From an uncultured Nitrososphaerota archaeon (lineage in GTDB: Archaea > Korarchaeota > Korarchaeia > Korarchaeales > Korarchaeaceae): a DNA stretch of 19,594 bases. The translations under genes and the position numbers were made by a program. Where the stretch lies: the NCBI GenBank assembly GCA_964480775.1, contig CAYZRF010000029.1, positions 1 to 19,594 of the forward strand, written 5' to 3'. A model generated the notes under the pieces. It was not told where the DNA came from, searched no databases, and worked only from the letters and a program-made list of their open reading frames with translations. This document shows positions 1 to 8,200 of the stretch, piece by piece. Within the stretch, counting starts at the first letter, position 1. Every line of letters starts with the position of its first letter.

Positions 1-1
1 C

Positions 2-172
2 TTTAGCTTCGATTCATCACAAACAGTAAGGGAGACAGGAGTCAAAGTTAAAGTTCGCGATACCGATAACTGGCATTACTTCCTTCTCCTTAGAGATATT
101 TTATCTTCTCCGCTAAATCCCGATGCTGGAGATACTATCACCATAACCTATGTTATTCAAATGAATGGTTGA
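2..172 (+). CDS. 3' end of an upstream ORF (partial), possibly another surface protein
   Basis: This frame is open from the window edge to TGA 170-172 (56 codons: FSFDSSQTVRETGVKVKVRDTDNWHYFLLLRDILSSPLNPDAGDTITITYVIQMNG). It is below the ORF-track cutoff. Its stop overlaps the TTG 169 start of the next gene (TTGA). Confidence 0.35.
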   Translation, partial: FSFDSSQTVRETGVKVKVRDTDNWHYFLLLRDILSSPLNPDAGDTITITYVIQMNG

Positions 173-1446
173 GCAAATTGAGCAGGGCTAAGAAGATAGC
201 CGTAATTCTTGTGCTATCTGTCTTAGCCTTTACCGTTTCCTTTTTTCTAACCTTGGATTATAGTGAAGAATTCCTCGTCCGCATCGTATCGAATCTTCTG
301 ATTGGATCTGATGTAATAAAAGCCGGAAATATCACTTCTTCTTTCTCGACTGATAGTTATGTATTGCCAGAAGCTTGTAGTCCCTTCATTAACGCTGTTT
401 TAGCAAGGAATAAGAGATTTATCCATGCTGTAAGGAATTACATCGAGACTCAGCCAGATTTGACCAAAGATGGCTTGGTGTTTGAAAACGTAGAGACAGA
501 TACCAAGCTTGCTGGAAGCCCAAAGATTACCGTACTTATGTCAGCTACCCTACAACAGCAAGTTTCTCTTTCTTTAGATGCTGTTCTTGTAACTGACACC
601 TCTAACAACTCAGTATCGACTTTGGATGTCAACACAGAGTTCTGGATCTACATCAACATAACCTGCACTTCTGGGCTTGATGATCTGGCAAATATAACGG
701 TGTGGCTCTATCACTCGGATCACTACTCCAGTCCTCCTTCTCAGCACCATCTTAACTCAAGCTATAAGTGGGCTTGGGTAAACGGAGAGGGATGGCAAGA
801 AAAGGGACCTGATGGAACGGGAACGCCAGATAACACCAACCCATCAGGCTATAAGCACATTCCCGGAACGTGCCATACTCCTTCCCTTACTGACACTTAT
901 GGTGTCTGGAAGCTCTCATTCAACTTATCAAAGATAGCAGAAGATACAGGGACGACGAATGATTGGATCCTGAACGTAACGGTTTACAATAGTAGCGCCA
1001 ACACATGGGACAGCACGACGCTCACTCTCGATCTTAACTTCTATCAAGAGATCTCAGTTAATGCTACTATGGTAACTTGGGACGGGCTTCCGGGCTATGC
1101 AGGAGTAGCTCCAAACGGAACAACGACCTATACTTTCATCTGTAATGACGCCTACAACATAACGGCTAAAGGAACCGATTTTACCTCTGGATCCTATACG
1201 ATAGGAGTTGGGAACTTTACCGTTGACGATGATTCAACGCCAGATGAGGCGACGGAAACAGGCGCAGATGAGCTACAACTTACGACCGTCTATCAAGATT
1301 TCATTACCAACAACCCCGTAACTACGACCGAAGCGGGAGATAATAAGGACTTCTGGTGGTTTGCAGATATTCCATCAGCAGCACCGCCTACAACCTATAC
1401 TGGAACGCTTTACATATCGGTTAATGACTGCAATCCAGACTCATAG
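169..1446 (+). CDS. Membrane-anchored/secreted sequon-rich surface protein, paralogue A of 2499-3497
   Basis: 425-aa ORF with TTG start (exact start uncertain) and an N-terminal hydrophobic segment IAVILVLSVLAFTVSFFLTL. The C-terminal ~290 aa are collinear with 2499-3497 (TYTFICNDAYNITAKGTDFTSG, GVGNFTVDDDSTPDE, KDFWWFADIP, YTGTLYISVND). Many N-x-S/T sequons. Confidence 0.75.
   Translation: MSKLSRAKKIAVILVLSVLAFTVSFFLTLDYSEEFLVRIVSNLLIGSDVIKAGNITSSFSTDSYVLPEACSPFINAVLARNKRFIHAVRNYIETQPDLTKDGLVFENVETDTKLAGSPKITVLMSATLQQQVSLSLDAVLVTDTSNNSVSTLDVNTEFWIYINITCTSGLDDLANITVWLYHSDHYSSPPSQHHLNSSYKWAWVNGEGWQEKGPDGTGTPDNTNPSGYKHIPGTCHTPSLTDTYGVWKLSFNLSKIAEDTGTTNDWILNVTVYNSSANTWDSTTLTLDLNFYQEISVNATMVTWDGLPGYAGVAPNGTTTYTFICNDAYNITAKGTDFTSGSYTIGVGNFTVDDDSTPDEATETGADELQLTTVYQDFITNNPVTTTEAGDNKDFWWFADIPSAAPPTTYTGTLYISVNDCNPDS
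1110..1169 (+). repeat. Near-identical DNA tract shared with 3161-3220 (59/60 nt)
   Basis: Hand alignment: tccaaacggaacaacgacctatactttcatctgtaatgacgcctacaa[c/t]ataacggctaa occurs in both paralogous genes, while flanking DNA is much more diverged. Confidence 0.9.
1396..1429 (+). repeat. 34-nt tract identical to 3447-3480
   Basis: tatactggaacgctttacatatcggttaatgact is present at the 3' end of both paralogous genes. Confidence 0.9.
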
Positions 1447-1447
1447 T

Positions 1448-1768
1448 TTAAGGAAGCCCAGCAATAACTTCTGAGACTATTACAGCAAGATAGATTGTAA
1501 GAAAGAGAAAACAGTATATGAAAAGAAACTTGTTGGTTCGCTCCAGTTCTTTAAGGAGAGCTCTTATGAACCTAAAATACACATACAAAACAACGATCAC
1601 ATAGTTTAGAACGAATACAAGGGCTTGGAATAAGCCTAAGCTTTCAAGAATTTGAATAAGTCTGCTTACCTCGTAAGAGAGAAAAACAAAGCTCAGAGCT
1701 ATTATTCCTCCAAGCGCTATCCACAGAGCCATTTCATCAAAGAGCGCGAGAGCCTCTTTGATCTTCAA
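1448..1768 (-). CDS. Small polytopic membrane protein downstream of the RHH gene
   Basis: 106-aa ORF (TTG 1768, or ATG 1732) that is almost entirely hydrophobic helices (WIALGGIIALSFVFL, ALVFVLNYVIVVLYVYF, FLFIYCFLFLTIYLAVIV). It starts 1 nt after the RHH stop. A second RHH gene at 17801-18085 is also followed by a small membrane-protein gene (17577-17804). Confidence 0.6.
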   Translation of the reverse strand: MKIKEALALFDEMALWIALGGIIALSFVFLSYEVSRLIQILESLGLFQALVFVLNYVIVVLYVYFRFIRALLKELERTNKFLFIYCFLFLTIYLAVIVSEVIAGLP

Positions 1769-1769
1769 C

Positions 1770-2051
1770 TCAACCTATCTCCTTCAACCTCTTGATTTCC
1801 TCGTCTATGATCTGAGGCTTGTTCAGAACTATGTATCTAATGACCTTTCTCATGCCATCTTCTGTTAGTTTCAGCCCCCCCTCCCAGTCTATACCAGATT
1901 CCCTTAAGCGGAAGAAGGACACAATTATTTCTCTTATCGCCTCGGATTTATTTGGGATTCCCCTCTCCCTCATAAAGTTCTCTATTTTCCTTTTGGTTTC
2001 GTTTCCATGAGCAAAGGCTGTTCTATGAGGCAGGGTTGACTTCCTACGCAT
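1770..2051 (-). CDS. Ribbon-helix-helix (CopG/Arc/MetJ-like) DNA-binding protein with C-terminal extension; paralogue of 17801-18085
   Basis: RHH pattern: beta strand HRTAFAHG, then helices KRKIENFMRERG and NKSEAIREIIVSFF. About half the residues are identical to 17801-18085 by eye. I prefer ATG 2051 (AAGGGTGGT RBS upstream; 8-nt overlap with the upstream stop) over the track's GTG 2060. Confidence 0.8.
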   Translation of the reverse strand: MRRKSTLPHRTAFAHGNETKRKIENFMRERGIPNKSEAIREIIVSFFRLRESGIDWEGGLKLTEDGMRKVIRYIVLNKPQIIDEEIKRLKEIG

Positions 2052-2295
2052 GGCTACCACCCTTTAGCTCCACCAATTTTTCAAGAGCCCAATCTCTCTC
2101 ATCCTCATCAACAGGAACCGAGGCTACTCTTGCCAGAAAGGCTTTCTTCGCCCTTTTAGTGAGCTGACAATAACAATAACCACAACTGGGACATACGAGA
2201 GTATTACAGATTGGACAGACCTTTGCCTCTGTTGGATCAAAGGGCTCCAGACAATGGAAGCAGATAGCGACTTTCAGCTTGGGCTTTGCGATCAT
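2044..2295 (-). CDS. Small Cys-rich zinc-finger/zinc-ribbon protein
   Basis: 83 aa with CFHC-x12-CPIC-x4-CPSC-x2-CYC. ATG start preceded by AAGGGG. First gene of the minus-strand three-gene cassette. Confidence 0.7.
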   Translation of the reverse strand: MIAKPKLKVAICFHCLEPFDPTEAKVCPICNTLVCPSCGYCYCQLTKRAKKAFLARVASVPVDEDERDWALEKLVELKGGSHA

Positions 2296-2498
2296 AAAAC
2301 CCCTTGTATTTAGTAAAATAGTTTCTTATAAAATTATACTTTATCTAAATAAGATCTTGAGTGAGGTCTTCAACTAAATTACTTTCCTTGCCTTGCTCTT
2401 GCATTTCCTTTTGGTATCTGACTCCCTTCATCACCTTGGTGAGGGATCTTCTAAACATAATTTTAAATTAAATAAAAGCCATTTTCCAAGGTAGGCAC
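2296..2498. promoter_or_regulatory. Divergent promoter region; longest non-coding stretch in the window
   Basis: TATA-like attttataag (minus strand, plus coordinates 2325-2334) lies ~30 nt upstream of ATG 2295. TATA-like ttttaaattaaataaaag (2461-2478) lies ~25-35 nt upstream of ATG 2499. A pyrimidine-rich CCTTG-CCTTG-CTCTTG run sits near 2385-2405. Confidence 0.4.
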
Positions 2499-3497
2499 AT
2501 GAAAAAACTGGCGCTCATTTTAGTAGCTTTGCTTTTGATTCCTACCATAGCCCTCGTGAGAGTTGCGAGTGAGCAAGCCGTCTCTGGTCAACTGACTGTT
2601 GGGAACACGGCGCCTACAATAAACGGCATAGATATAACTGATACAAGCAACGTTTCGGTCTCCTCCATCAATGCGAACACAGAATATTGGATCTACATCT
2701 CTATATCCGACTCCAACACCCTTGCGGACATCAAGAACATCACGGTTTATCTGTTCCACGGAGACAAATACACAGATCCTCCCGGATCTTATGCTTTAAA
2801 CAATAGCTATGCCTTCGCTTGGGTAAACGGAAGCGGTTGGAAAGAGCTCGGACCCGATAGCACGGGAACCCCAAGCGATACTACTCCATCAGGCTATGAC
2901 CACATTCCCGGAACCTGCGCCGTTCCATCAGATTTCAGCGCTTCTACTGGACAATGGAAACTTTCATTCAAAGTCAGCAAGATAGCGGAAGACACGGGGG
3001 CAACGAACACTTGGTATGTGAACGTAACGGTCTATGATAATGCGAGCACTCCAAACACCGATAACATCGAGAGCACGTTTGACGTGAACTTCTACTCAGA
3101 GATCTCCGTTAACGCCACTTTGGTTACATGGGCTGGATCTCCGGGAGCTACTGGTCTATCTCCAAACGGAACAACGACCTATACTTTCATCTGTAATGAC
3201 GCCTACAATATAACGGCTAAGGGGACTGATTTCACTTCAGGAACCAACGTCATTGGAGTCGGGAACTTTACTGTCGATGACGATTCAACGCCAGATGAGG
3301 GAACCGAAACTGGCGTTGCTGAGCTCCAGCTTTCAACTACATATCAGACCTTCATAGAGAATGTTGGAGTCAGCACGACAGAGACGGGCGATGACAAAGA
3401 TTTCTGGTGGTTTGCGGACATTCCAGCAACCGTAGCAGAAGGAACTTATACTGGAACGCTTTACATATCGGTTAATGACTACAATCCTAACTCTTAG
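2499..3497 (+). CDS. Secreted sequon-rich surface protein, paralogue B of 169-1446
   Basis: Sec-type signal peptide MKKLALILVALLLIPTIALVRVASEQ. About ten N-x-S/T sequons by my count. The GNTAPTINGIDIT start of the mature part resembles Ig-like/cadherin-like domain boundaries. No C-terminal anchor. Confidence 0.9.
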   Translation: MKKLALILVALLLIPTIALVRVASEQAVSGQLTVGNTAPTINGIDITDTSNVSVSSINANTEYWIYISISDSNTLADIKNITVYLFHGDKYTDPPGSYALNNSYAFAWVNGSGWKELGPDSTGTPSDTTPSGYDHIPGTCAVPSDFSASTGQWKLSFKVSKIAEDTGATNTWYVNVTVYDNASTPNTDNIESTFDVNFYSEISVNATLVTWAGSPGATGLSPNGTTTYTFICNDAYNITAKGTDFTSGTNVIGVGNFTVDDDSTPDEGTETGVAELQLSTTYQTFIENVGVSTTETGDDKDFWWFADIPATVAEGTYTGTLYISVNDYNPNS

Positions 3498-3506
3498 GAG
3501 AGTAAA

Positions 3507-4541
3507 ATGAAGCGCTTGATTCCTCTACTCGTACTGCTTTCAGTAGGAGCGTTTAGTGTCTTTGCAGGTCCCTCAATAGGTCTGAGCTCGCCTTCCTATA
3601 TTTTCGAGGTGGTTCCCAGCACTACCATAAAGACGTATTTTCTTGTCTATAACCCAAGCAACAGCACGGTTACGATACATATAGAAGCAGAGGGTTTAGA
3701 GGTTTCATTCTCTCAAAACGATTTTGAGCTTAAAGGAGGAGAGAACCAGAAGGTCTACGTCTATATAACCGTTCCTCAAAGCCTACCTGCTTCAGGGCTA
3801 ATAGACATACAGCCCATCGGTGCAGGCAACATAATGGTCGGGGCTTCAAAGCAGATTTTCCTATCCCAGAAGGATCCATTCGTCGAGGTTAGCACAGATG
3901 TTGTTACGGTTGTTGAAGGAAAGTCCTTCTGTCTTAGGGTTACTCCTAATTTCCGATCTACAATCTCCATTTCTTATGATGATAGCTACTTGATCTTTGG
4001 AGAAACTCAGAAGGAGGCTTATGCCTGCGAAACTATAACATTCAGGGGAAGAGCCCTACGAGCTGGAACCACGAGAGTTAGTGTCAGAGCCGTTGGAGAA
4101 GGGCATGACGTCTCAAAGGAATTGGAGATAGAGATTGGGGGGTATAGTGGGCAGTTCTACGTTACATACCCTGATAAAATCTCGATCAGAGTTGGGGAGG
4201 TAAAGAAAGTAGAGTTTTGGGCTTCAAAATACTGTTCTCTTTTTGTTGATGAATATGATGATTCTATCATTTCTGTCAACGCTCCAAGCTTTCTAAATGC
4301 TGGGAGCAACTTCATCAAAATCGAGGGTTTGAAGAGAGGATCCACTACCCTGAAGATGCACGTTACCTATGAGAACATAACTGGATACATAACGATCAAC
4401 GTCAAAGTTGGGGGGATTGGCGGGCTCAACCTTCCCAGCGTTGGTGAGACAAGAGATTACCTTATTTTCGGTGGAATAATAAGTCTTTTTGCTCTTGGAA
4501 TCGTATTAAAGAAGAGAAAGCAGGAGTATTATGGGTATTAG
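3507..4541 (+). CDS. Secreted Ig-like multi-domain protein with C-terminal TM anchor
   Basis: RBS GGAG precedes the ATG. Signal peptide MKRLIPLLVLLSVGAFSVFAGPS. N-terminal CARDB/Ig-like pattern (FELKGGENQKVYVYITVP). Two Big_2-like patterns (VVTVVEGKSF...RAGTTRVSVRAVGEG and ISIRVGEVKK...KRGSTTLKMHVTYEN). C-terminal LIFGGIISLFALGIVLKKRK. Confidence 0.85.
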   Translation: MKRLIPLLVLLSVGAFSVFAGPSIGLSSPSYIFEVVPSTTIKTYFLVYNPSNSTVTIHIEAEGLEVSFSQNDFELKGGENQKVYVYITVPQSLPASGLIDIQPIGAGNIMVGASKQIFLSQKDPFVEVSTDVVTVVEGKSFCLRVTPNFRSTISISYDDSYLIFGETQKEAYACETITFRGRALRAGTTRVSVRAVGEGHDVSKELEIEIGGYSGQFYVTYPDKISIRVGEVKKVEFWASKYCSLFVDEYDDSIISVNAPSFLNAGSNFIKIEGLKRGSTTLKMHVTYENITGYITINVKVGGIGGLNLPSVGETRDYLIFGGIISLFALGIVLKKRKQEYYGY

Positions 4542-4548
4542 TTCATAA

Positions 4549-4575
4549 GCTTTTTTAGGTATCGGGCTCTTTTTA
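4549..4575 (+). terminator. Oligo-T tracts after 3507-4541
   Basis: gcttttttagg and ctctttttag follow the stop codon directly. Archaeal termination uses oligo-T. The next gene starts at 4581, so termination here may be only partial. Confidence 0.3.
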
Positions 4576-4580
4576 GAGGG

Positions 4581-5213
4581 ATGAAACGGGGCTTAGCACT
4601 ACTGCTACTTCTCTTTCTGCCGTGCATTGCTATCATAGCAGACGAAGAATCCGTGAGTGGAGAGGTTGGTGTCGGTCAATTCTATAATCTTACGATCTCT
4701 TCTTCAGGCATTTCTGAAATAGAGGGAAGAGCCCTCGTAAAAATAGATGGGAATGCTGTAGGTGAAGTCTACGACGGCTCTTCAATCACAGTTGAAGTTA
4801 AAGAAGGAACGCATAGTGTTTGGGTAGAGGAGCAAACTACTGGTGTTGAATATACATACTCTTTCGATCATTGGGAAGGAGGCTCTTCAGACGATCCGAT
4901 AACGATTAATGTTGTTTCTGATATGGAGCTCGTCGCCTATTACATAAAGACACCAATAACTACGCCCAGTCCACCACCTGTTCCCCCTCCCGGCACAAGA
5001 CCTCCTACAACAACGGCTCCCCCTCCCGTTACAACCGCTCCCCCGAAGGTTATCATTATAACTCCAAGCAGAGGCGCCTCTTTCTTCATTATTCTAATTA
5101 TACTTATTCTTCTGATAGTGGGCTTGATTCTTGTTCTATACTATAAAAAAGAGAAGGGGGAGAGCGCTCCTTCGTCTCAACTCAAAGGTTTTATTTTTCC
5201 CTTAATTAAATAA
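4581..5213 (+). CDS. Secreted protein: InlB-B-repeat-like beta domain, Pro/Thr-rich stalk, C-terminal TM anchor
   Basis: Signal peptide MKRGLALLLLLFLPCIAIIADEE. GSSITVEVKEGTHSVWVEE...YSFDHWEGGSSDDPITINVVSDMELVAYY matches the G..v.l.a.p..GY.F..W.G....np..i.m..d..v.A.F pattern of divergent InlB B-repeat domains. The stalk is TPSPPPVPPPGTRPPTTTAPPPVTTAPP, followed by TM FFIILIILILLIVGLILVLYY. Confidence 0.85.
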   Translation: MKRGLALLLLLFLPCIAIIADEESVSGEVGVGQFYNLTISSSGISEIEGRALVKIDGNAVGEVYDGSSITVEVKEGTHSVWVEEQTTGVEYTYSFDHWEGGSSDDPITINVVSDMELVAYYIKTPITTPSPPPVPPPGTRPPTTTAPPPVTTAPPKVIIITPSRGASFFIILIILILLIVGLILVLYYKKEKGESAPSSQLKGFIFPLIK

Positions 5214-5217
5214 AGGG

Positions 5218-8200
5218 ATGCAAAGGAAATCTCTGCCTCTCGCTTTCGCTTTTGCCTTCATTGTAATTATGGTTCTCTTCAGTCCTATAAAAGAATACAG
5301 CGCTCAGAACGAGCCTCCAAACAAACCAGAACTCTATGAACCAAGCCCTAGTGGAACTTATGTTACTACGATAACTCCTTGGTTGAACTGCACCTTCATC
5401 GATCCTGATGGAGATTCCATGAATGCAACGTGGTATTGGGCTAATGGAACGAAAATAGGAGAGGTTCTCAATATTCCTAACGGAACTACGACAGGAATTC
5501 AGGTAAATGTTGCTTGGGATTCTTCCTATAGCTGGTATGTCGTCGTTACAGATGGAACCTCTAACAATCAATCAGATACTTGGTCCTTTACAACATGGGC
5601 GCCGGGTTGCCTGTTATGGTACCCCTTGGATAGAGATGAGGTTCATGGAACCACAGTCTATGATAGGTCTGGAGCAGGAAATAATGGTTTAAGAGATTCT
5701 ACTGACAATGTTGTTCCCTATTTTTGGAATTATCCCGAAAACTACGTTTTCTGGCACAAGGGTGGCTCAACAAATGCCATACATTTTGATAGCTTAAAAA
5801 ATGAATTTTTAGCCAATGATTTCTGTGTCTTCGCTTGGACTTGGTTTTATGAGCTGGCTCCCGCAGGTCAGCATGGAATTTTTGCAACCCTTGGAAATAA
5901 GAAGGTTCGTCTCTATTCAAAAGATTATTACACTGGTAAGATAAAATTCTATGTTACATACACGAATGGGAGTTCTAAAGAATATGAAGCCAGCGAGGCT
6001 ATAGATGTTAAGAAATGGGTTGCTCTGGTGTATCAAAGAAAGGGTTCTAGACTTGAGATCTTTAAGAATACAACAAAAATTTTAGATCAGGACATAGGAA
6101 ATGAGGACTTTTTCATAGATTCGATTGATGATCATAGAATTGGCTATTACACGAATTGGTACGGGATGCCTAAGTTCTATGGAAAGGATTATCGGATTTA
6201 CAGTCGAGCCTTGACCTCAGAGGAAATTACTCAAGCGGAGTATTTGCTGCGTAACATAATTCCTGCTGGCTATCTTCAGATAAATTGGTCTTCTTGGGAA
6301 TTTGCTGAGAAATATTACTATATTGTCTACAAAGGAGACTTTAATACTGTTTACGCTTCTGGATCAACTACCAATACCTTCTTTAACATAAGCTATGAAC
6401 CGGGGTTCCAATACTTTGTTAAGATCATCGCAGAAGATACCTCGCAGAGCAAAAACACGACATGGCTTGTTGAGAGCTTCATGACAGATGGTGCACCTCC
6501 ATTAGAGGGCTGCTTTGGTTGGTGGACTTTAGATGAAGGATCTGGATCTATCGCCTATGACTATTCTGGTTGGGGAAACAATGGAACAATTACTGGCGCT
6601 ATTTGGAAATACATAAACGAGAGCTGGGGCTATGCTCTTAGCTTTGATGGAGGAGGATATTACGTTGATTGTGGGTTTGGAGACCTTCTAAACCCGAAAG
6701 GAGATCCCTTTACTATTGTAGCTCTAGTTTCGACCAATTACACAAACCTTGGTGGAATGTTTGGAAAGGTTATGTATGGAATGGGTACCAGCACAGAGTT
6801 TGGATTCTTCTACTATCAGCATAAATGGTATTTTACCGTAGGACCTCCGAGAGCTAATCTTTATTCGGATGAATATGACACGGGATCTTGGTACCTTATT
6901 CAGGGATTAAGAAAGAGCGATGACTACATATATTTCTATGTAAATGGAATAAAACAGGCTGGAACTGCTCAGGTGACAGGAATAACTGGTTTTGAGGACT
7001 TCCCCTTCTACATAGGAAGGGCAGCTACTGGGATTTATCCGGGCGCAGCTATTCAGGATGAGCATCGGTATTATAGAAGGGCTTTAACTGATTCTGAGCT
7101 CAATCAGACTGCATATCTTCTATCGCACATAATTCCTGCTGGCTATCTTCAGATAAATTGGTCTTCTTGGAGTTATGCTGATAAATACTACTATGAGGTA
7201 TGGCAAGATAACTTCAGCACGTTATATGCTTCAGGAGTAACAACGGATACATATGTAAATTTGAGTTACGATCCCTCGCACAAGTATTATGTAAGAATAA
7301 TAGCGGAAAATTCTTCTTATAATCTGAACTTAACTTGGCTCGTCGAAGATTTCTATGTGAAGAACAACTGTCCTCAAGCTTCCTTGGCTTCTCCCTTACC
7401 GAACGGGACGATAATAAACAGCATTAATCCTTGGTTAAATAGCACATTTATCGATTTGGATCTTCATTTGATGAATGCAACGTGGTATTGGGCTAATGGA
7501 ACGAAAATAGGAGAGGTTCTCAATATTCCTAACGGAACTACGACAGGAATTCAAGTGAACTTGCAAAGAGGAAGATGGTACTATTTCTATATCAATACGA
7601 CTGATGGATGGGATATCAACCAAACAAAGATCTTTGCATTCTATGTAAACGCCCTTCCAGAGATCCACAGTATAAACGTTAACTCCTCCTCCATCTTTAG
7701 AGGAAAGGCTTTGAACATAACGGCAAACATAGATGACCTTGAGGACATTCCTGAAGTCTATATTTCTATAGGAAAAGATGGCTCTTGGTTCGTGGTCAAT
7801 CAGTCTATGACCTACCTTGGATCAAATGTGTTTTCCTACATCTACAGTCCAGCTTTCTCAGATGCCATCGGTTCATACGACATAAAGATATACTCCAACG
7901 ATAGCAACGGAGGAGAGAATACTCTACTCATCAATTCTGCCTTTAATGTCAAGAATAATCCTCCAGCAATTCTAGAAATTAACATTCCTACTCCAACAGA
8001 AGGGAAGCTATCTACTATTACGATAAACGTAACTGATCTTGAGACTTCCACCGATCTTCTCCGTGTTCATGTCGAAATAGAGAAGAAGGGTTCTACTCTG
8101 GCTTCTGGAGAAGCAACCTACAAGGACGGAGTCTTTGTCTTTAGCTGGACTCCTCCCGCTGGCAGTAGCGATCCGACGGCTATAATAACAGTTACAGACA

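Noticed and set aside
5206-5571. 121-aa minus-strand ORF overlapping the start of the giant LamG gene. The same applies to 5699-5920, 7435-7668, 7842-8051, 8008-8508 and 8241-8432.
   Set aside because: These are antisense shadows of a long, motif-rich plus-strand gene. Their translations are low-complexity, Arg/Ser/Cys-rich and lack RBS or domain patterns.
5419-7553. Repeated sequences as a CRISPR array or MITE-type repeats.
   Set aside because: The repeats are in-frame duplicated coding modules of one gene. They are not short regularly spaced repeats with unique spacers. No CRISPR-like periodicity exists anywhere in the window.
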